From an uncultured Gemmatimonadales bacterium (GTDB taxonomy: Bacteria; Gemmatimonadota; Gemmatimonadetes; Gemmatimonadales; GWC2-71-9), in the NCBI GenBank assembly GCA_963739455.1, contig CAVUAK010000004.1:1-10261 (forward strand): a DNA stretch of 10,261 nucleotides, read 5' to 3'. Below the pieces are notes generated by a model. It worked only from the letters and a program-made list of their open reading frames with translations, made no database searches and was not told the DNA's origin. The translations under genes were made by a program, and so were the position numbers. This document shows, piece after piece, positions 6,412-10,261 of this stretch. How positions within the stretch are numbered: the first letter of the stretch is position 1; each line of letters opens with the position of its first letter.

Positions 6412-7281
6412 ATGACTCGTACCGGTCACATAGCCCTTTCAGGGGCCCCCAACGTCGGCAAGTCCTCTCTCCTGAACCGCCTCGTCGGCGTTCACCTCGC
6501 CATCGTGAGCCCCAAGGCTCAGGCGACGCGGCTGCCCACTATCGGCCTTCGCACCGACGGCGACATCCAGTACATCTGGCACGACCTCCCCGGACTCCTC
6601 GACCCCAGCTACCTCATGCAGGAGCGCATGCGCGAACTCGCCCTCGCCGCGCTCCCGCGCATGGACGTCATTCTTCATCTCCACCCTGCCGCTGACGCGC
6701 CCGCACCCGCCTTTCGCGATCTCGTCGGCCCCGACGCGAAGTTCCACGCACCCGTGCTCGTCGTCTACACCAAGGTCGACCTGGTCCACGCCGATCGTCG
6801 CCGCGACCTCGCCCGCGAGGCCCTTGCGATTTCCACCGAGTCCGGCGATGGCATCGAACATCTCCTCGCCCGCGTCGGCAGCCTCCTCCCGGAAGCGCCG
6901 TTCGAGTTCGACCCCGAGGACGTCGGCACCCAGCCGGTCCGCTTCTTCGTGGTTGAGTACCTCCGCGAGGCCGCCTTCGAGCTCCTCGGCGACGAGCTGC
7001 CGTATTCCTTTACAGCCGAGGTTGAGGAGTTCCGCGAGGGCGACGAGCCGGTGTACATTCGGGCATCACTGTTCGCCGAGCGTGAGTCCCAGAAAGGCAT
7101 GATCATCGGCCGGAACGGCGCCATGATCAAGCAGATCGGCAGTCACGCGCGCGCGCGGCTCGAGGCGTTATTGGGCCAGAAGGTGTATCTGGAGTGCCGG
7201 GTCAAGGTGGCGCCACGCTGGCGCAAGAACGAGGCACAGTTGCAGCGCTTCGGCTTTCCTCCTGCGGAACGGAAGAAATGA
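6412..7281 (+). CDS. era: GTPase Era
   Basis: G1 GAPNVGKS, IVSPKAQATR, G3 DLPG, G4 TKVD, DELPYS and KH domain ERESQKGMIIGRNGAMIKQIG..VKVAPRWR. 289 aa. Confidence 0.97.
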   Translation: MTRTGHIALSGAPNVGKSSLLNRLVGVHLAIVSPKAQATRLPTIGLRTDGDIQYIWHDLPGLLDPSYLMQERMRELALAALPRMDVILHLHPAADAPAPAFRDLVGPDAKFHAPVLVVYTKVDLVHADRRRDLAREALAISTESGDGIEHLLARVGSLLPEAPFEFDPEDVGTQPVRFFVVEYLREAAFELLGDELPYSFTAEVEEFREGDEPVYIRASLFAERESQKGMIIGRNGAMIKQIGSHARARLEALLGQKVYLECRVKVAPRWRKNEAQLQRFGFPPAERKK

Positions 7282-7475
7282 GTCTGCCCAAGGAGTTGCT
7301 CGACATCCTGGTGTGCCCGAAGAGCAAGGCGCCACTCGAGTATCACGAGGGGCCGCCCGAGGTGCTCATCTGCCGCGAGTCCAGGCTGGTCTATCGCGTC
7401 GAGGACGGCATTCCCATCATGCTCATCGAGGAAGCAGCACCGCTCGACGCGTCGCTCTACCCGCCCTCCCGGTGA
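7278..7475 (+). CDS. Trm112-family protein (YcaR/UPF0434-like)
   Basis: 65 aa from ATG 7278 overlapping the era stop (ATGA): LLDILVCPKSKAPL..LICRESRLVYRVEDGIPIMLIEEA. Confidence 0.92.
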   Translation: MSLPKELLDILVCPKSKAPLEYHEGPPEVLICRESRLVYRVEDGIPIMLIEEAAPLDASLYPPSR

Positions 7476-7520
7476 GCGCTCGCAGCTCACGTCTCACGAC
7501 CCACGACTCACGACTCACGA
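7472..7520 (+). repeat. GTGAGC/GCTCAC hairpin followed by (CTCACGA)x5 imperfect heptamer array
   Basis: ctcacgt, ctcacga, cccacga, ctcacga, ctcacga at 7486-7520. The stem gtgagc..gctcac spans 7472-7490. Confidence 0.85.
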
Positions 7521-7523
7521 CTT

Positions 7524-8309
7524 GTGTCTGATCAACCACTGAGCGAGGGCGCCGAGCGCGTCCTGGGTGACGCGCGCGCCGAAGCCGAGCGACTGGGACA
7601 TGAGTTCATCGGTTCCGAGCACCTCCTCCTCGGATTGCTCCGCTCCAGCGACCTTGCCCAGTCATCGTTCGACGCGGCCGGCGTCGACCGCGCCGCACTC
7701 GCCACCGTGCTCGAGAGCGGGCAGAAGCGCGTGCGCGTGCGGAGTGACGCGCCGCAGGCCGAGGGAGTGCCGCTGTCGTCTCACGCTCGGCGCTTGCTCG
7801 AGGCCGGCGCGGTCGGTGATGGACCACTCGAGGGCAGGTTGTTGCTTGCGGCACTCACCGATCGCCGCGGTGCCCTCACCCGGTTTCTCGGTGACAAGGG
7901 GATTCCTGCGGACATCGTCATCGCCGAGGTGGCGACCCGCGCCGGCCTGAGCGTGCCGGTGGCACCGCCGCCTCCGCCACCACGTGAGCCACGCGAGCCC
8001 CGTCCGCCCCGACAGGAGCGCACCGCCAGCGAGCCCGCGCCGAAGCCGCCGCGCGAGGAGAAGGAGCCTCGCGCGGAGCGGCCGCCTCGCGAGCCGAAGC
8101 CGCGCCGCGAGGAAAAGCCGCGTCGTGAGAAGCAGCAGCGGCCATCAGGCGAGGAGAGCTGGGAGCGCGAGGAACTGTCCACGCGTCCTCCCCGCCCTCC
8201 CCGTCCTCCCCGCCCGGAGGAGTCGGAGACTGCCTCCGCTACGGCGCCCGCCTTCCGTCGGCAAGCTCGCGCCCAAGGCCGAAGCCGCGCGTCTCATGGT
8301 TCCGGATGA
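7524..8309 (+). CDS. Clp protease N-terminal (repeat) domain plus Pro/Arg/Glu-rich linker; probably the N-terminus of the downstream antiporter
   Basis: LSEGAERVLGDARAEAERLGHEFIGSEHLLLGLL is a Clp_N repeat, with a degenerate second repeat PLSSHARRLLE. No AAA+ Walker motifs. Low-complexity PREP/KPRREEK linker follows. Confidence 0.75.
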   Translation: MSDQPLSEGAERVLGDARAEAERLGHEFIGSEHLLLGLLRSSDLAQSSFDAAGVDRAALATVLESGQKRVRVRSDAPQAEGVPLSSHARRLLEAGAVGDGPLEGRLLLAALTDRRGALTRFLGDKGIPADIVIAEVATRAGLSVPVAPPPPPPREPREPRPPRQERTASEPAPKPPREEKEPRAERPPREPKPRREEKPRREKQQRPSGEESWEREELSTRPPRPPRPPRPEESETASATAPAFRRQARAQGRSRASHGSG

Positions 8310-9345
8310 TCCTGCATGCTGGCCGTTCCCGCCAGCATCGTGCTCAACTACATCGCACGCCGCACCGGTCCTCGTTTTCGTCACCGCCTGTCTCGGCGTG
8401 CTCCCCCTCGCCGGGTTCATGGGCGAGGCAACCGAACAGATCGCCGCCCGCTCCGGCCCTACGCTCGGTGGCCTGCTCAACGCCACCTTCGGCAACGCCG
8501 CCGAGCTCATCATCGCGATCGTGGCGCTGCAGGCTGGCCTCATCGACCTGGTGAAGGCGTCGATCACCGGCAGCATTCTCGGCAACCTGCTGCTCATTCT
8601 CGGCCTGTCGATCGTGGCCGGTGGACTGAAGCGAGTCGCAACTCAAGTTCAACCGCACGAACGCCGGCATGAGCGCCGGCATGCTGGTGCTCGCCATCGT
8701 GAGCCTGGTGCTGCCGGCACTCTTCAAGTATTCGCACCCCGAGCCCGAGTGCCCGCATGGATGGGCTGCACCTCGCCGAGGGCGTGGCCGTCGTCCTGCT
8801 CATCACCTACGCCGCGTCATTGCTCTTCACCCTCAAGACCCACCGGCGGCTCATCGGCGGCGAACCGCACCTGCTCGAGGGTGAGCGCTGGAGCATGGGG
8901 CGCGCGGTCGCTCGTGCTCGCGCTCGCGACCGTCGGCATTGCGGTCGAGTCCGAGATCCTGGTGCACGCCACCGAGGCGGTCACCGCCGATCTCGGGCTG
9001 TCCCAGATGTTCCTCGGCCTGATCATCATCCCCTTCATCGGCAACGCCGCTGAGCATGCCACCGCCATCATGGTGGCCCGCAAGGGACAGATCGATCTGT
9101 CACTCCAGATCGCCCTCGGGTCGAGCACACAGATTGCACTGCTTGTCGCTCCTTTGCTCGTGTTTATCGGCCTGTTCCTGGGCCACCCGATGAACCTGGT
9201 GTTCAGCCCGTTCGAGGTGGCGATTCTGTTCCTCGCCACGCTGGTGACGTCGATCGTGACGCTGGACGGGGAGTCGCATTGGTTCGAAGGGGTGCAACTG
9301 CTTGCAGTGTACGCCATGATCGCGGTGGCGGCGTTCTACATCTAG
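8306..9345 (+). CDS. cax: Calcium/proton exchanger (CaCA/CAX family), frameshifted in this sequence
   Basis: Alpha-1 repeat GLLNATFGNAAELII..GSILGNLL, alpha-2 repeat IIPFIGNAAEHATA..GSSTQIAL and C-terminal DGESHWFEGVQLLAVY. The protein is pieced together across +1 shifts near 8315, 8354, 8635, 8750 and 8908. Confidence 0.9.
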
Positions 9346-9381
9346 GGTATCACACAGCGGGTGGCGGCGGGGTCGGGTGGT

Positions 9382-9410
9382 TTGACTCTCCACCTCGAAA
9401 TGCGTAAGTT
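9382..9410 (+). promoter_or_regulatory. Putative sigma70 promoter of the GGDEF gene
   Basis: TTGACT(9382-9387)-17 bp-TAAGTT(9405-9410), about 30 nt upstream of GTG 9443. Confidence 0.6.
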
Positions 9411-9442
9411 GCTATCAATTATTAGTTTACGAGGCCTGTAGG

Positions 9443-10261
9443 GTGCGAACCAGACCGACAATTCTCTTCTACGCACCCGACGGCGCACCCGTGCCGGCAC
9501 TGGTGCGCCACTGGGCCCAGGAGCATTCCTACCCCCTGGTGTCGCTCGCCGTGGCCGAAGAGATCGAGTCGATCGTGCTCCGCGGCCATCCCTGCGTGCT
9601 CTTCCTCGATGCCGAACGCGCGGTCGAGCAGGGTCTCGGACTCGTGCGCCGCCTCAAGGGCGACGCCTTTACCGCCATCGTACCCGTGGTCGCCCTGGCC
9701 GGTGAGCATCGCAGCGAGGTGGTCCGGGAGTGGTTTTCTGCAGGATCCGACGAGGTCCTGACCGCCTTTTTCTCCGCCGAGGAGCAGCGCGCCCGTATCG
9801 AGGCCATGCGCGCCCGCACCGAGCGCGACGTCTCGGTGCACCCCTCCACCCGGCTCCCCGGCACCACCGAAATCGAGCGCGACGTCCGTCGGCGGCTGGA
9901 GGCGAACGAGGAGTTCGCCGTCTGCTACGCCGACCTCGACCATTTCAAGGAATACAACGACCGCTACAGCTATTATGATGGCGACCGGGTCATCTACCTG
10001 CTGTCACGGCTGCTGCACGATGTGGTGAAGGGCCTGCTTGGCGCCCGCGGCTTCGTGGGGCACATTGGTGGTGACGACTTCATCTTCATCGTGCCCGCCA
10101 CCGAGATCAGCCTGGTGTGCACCGAGATCCTGTCGGTCTTCGACACCCTGATCCCGCTGCAGTACAGTGACCAGGATCGCCGGGCGGGGTATTTCTTCGG
10201 CAAGGATCGCCGTGGCCAGCTGCACCGGGTGCCGCTCATGACGCTGTCCATCGGTATCGTC
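9443..10261 (+). CDS. Atypical receiver-like domain + GGDEF (GGDDF) diguanylate cyclase, 3'-truncated by window end
   Basis: Manual translation from GTG 9443 stays open to the window end: MRTRPTILFYAPDG..HPCVLFLD..VPVVAL..AGSDEVLTAFFS..HPSTRLPG..CYADLDHFKEYNDRYSYYDGDRVI..FVGHIGGDDFIFI..TLSIGIV. It is absent from the ORF track because it has no stop in the window. Confidence 0.93.
   Translation, partial: MRTRPTILFYAPDGAPVPALVRHWAQEHSYPLVSLAVAEEIESIVLRGHPCVLFLDAERAVEQGLGLVRRLKGDAFTAIVPVVALAGEHRSEVVREWFSAGSDEVLTAFFSAEEQRARIEAMRARTERDVSVHPSTRLPGTTEIERDVRRRLEANEEFAVCYADLDHFKEYNDRYSYYDGDRVIYLLSRLLHDVVKGLLGARGFVGHIGGDDFIFIVPATEISLVCTEILSVFDTLIPLQYSDQDRRAGYFFGKDRRGQLHRVPLMTLSIGIV

Noticed and set aside
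7524..8309. clpB/clpC chaperone gene
   Set aside because: Only the N-terminal repeats are present. I saw no Walker A/B or AAA+ module downstream.
8225..8912. Programmed ribosomal frameshifting or phase variation in cax
   Set aside because: There are too many shifts and no slippery heptamers or homopolymer tracts at the sites.
9730..9978. 82-aa plus-strand ORF
   Set aside because: It is an out-of-frame overlap within the GGDEF gene that starts at 9443.
9930..10082. Hypr-type (cGAMP-forming) GGDEF
   Set aside because: The specificity position retains Asp (DGDRV), not the Ser/Thr of GacA-type enzymes.

Overview
GC-rich bacterial chromosomal segment with every supported gene on the + strand. 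Gemmatimonadota-like is an inference from protein style and intergenic 7/8-mer repeats. Left (146-3735): a coupled five-gene unit with two tandem paralogous ECF sigma factor + single-TM putative anti-sigma pairs, followed by a secreted protein resembling a type IV pilin head without the prepilin leader. Middle (3945-6317): a lipoprotein and an XRE-HTH/HipA (hipBA-like) toxin-antitoxin pair behind a sharply AT-rich promoter, bracketed by an identical 23-bp direct repeat. Right: era, a Trm112-family gene, a Clp N-terminal domain joined through a Pro/Arg/Glu-rich linker to a Ca2+/H+ antiporter (broken by up to seven +1 shifts, most likely read errors), and the 5' part of an atypical receiver-GGDEF (GGDDF) gene that the ORF track missed. 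The best candidates for novelty are the duplicated ECF/anti-sigma/pilin-like module and the apparent ClpN-CAX fusion. No database searches were run.
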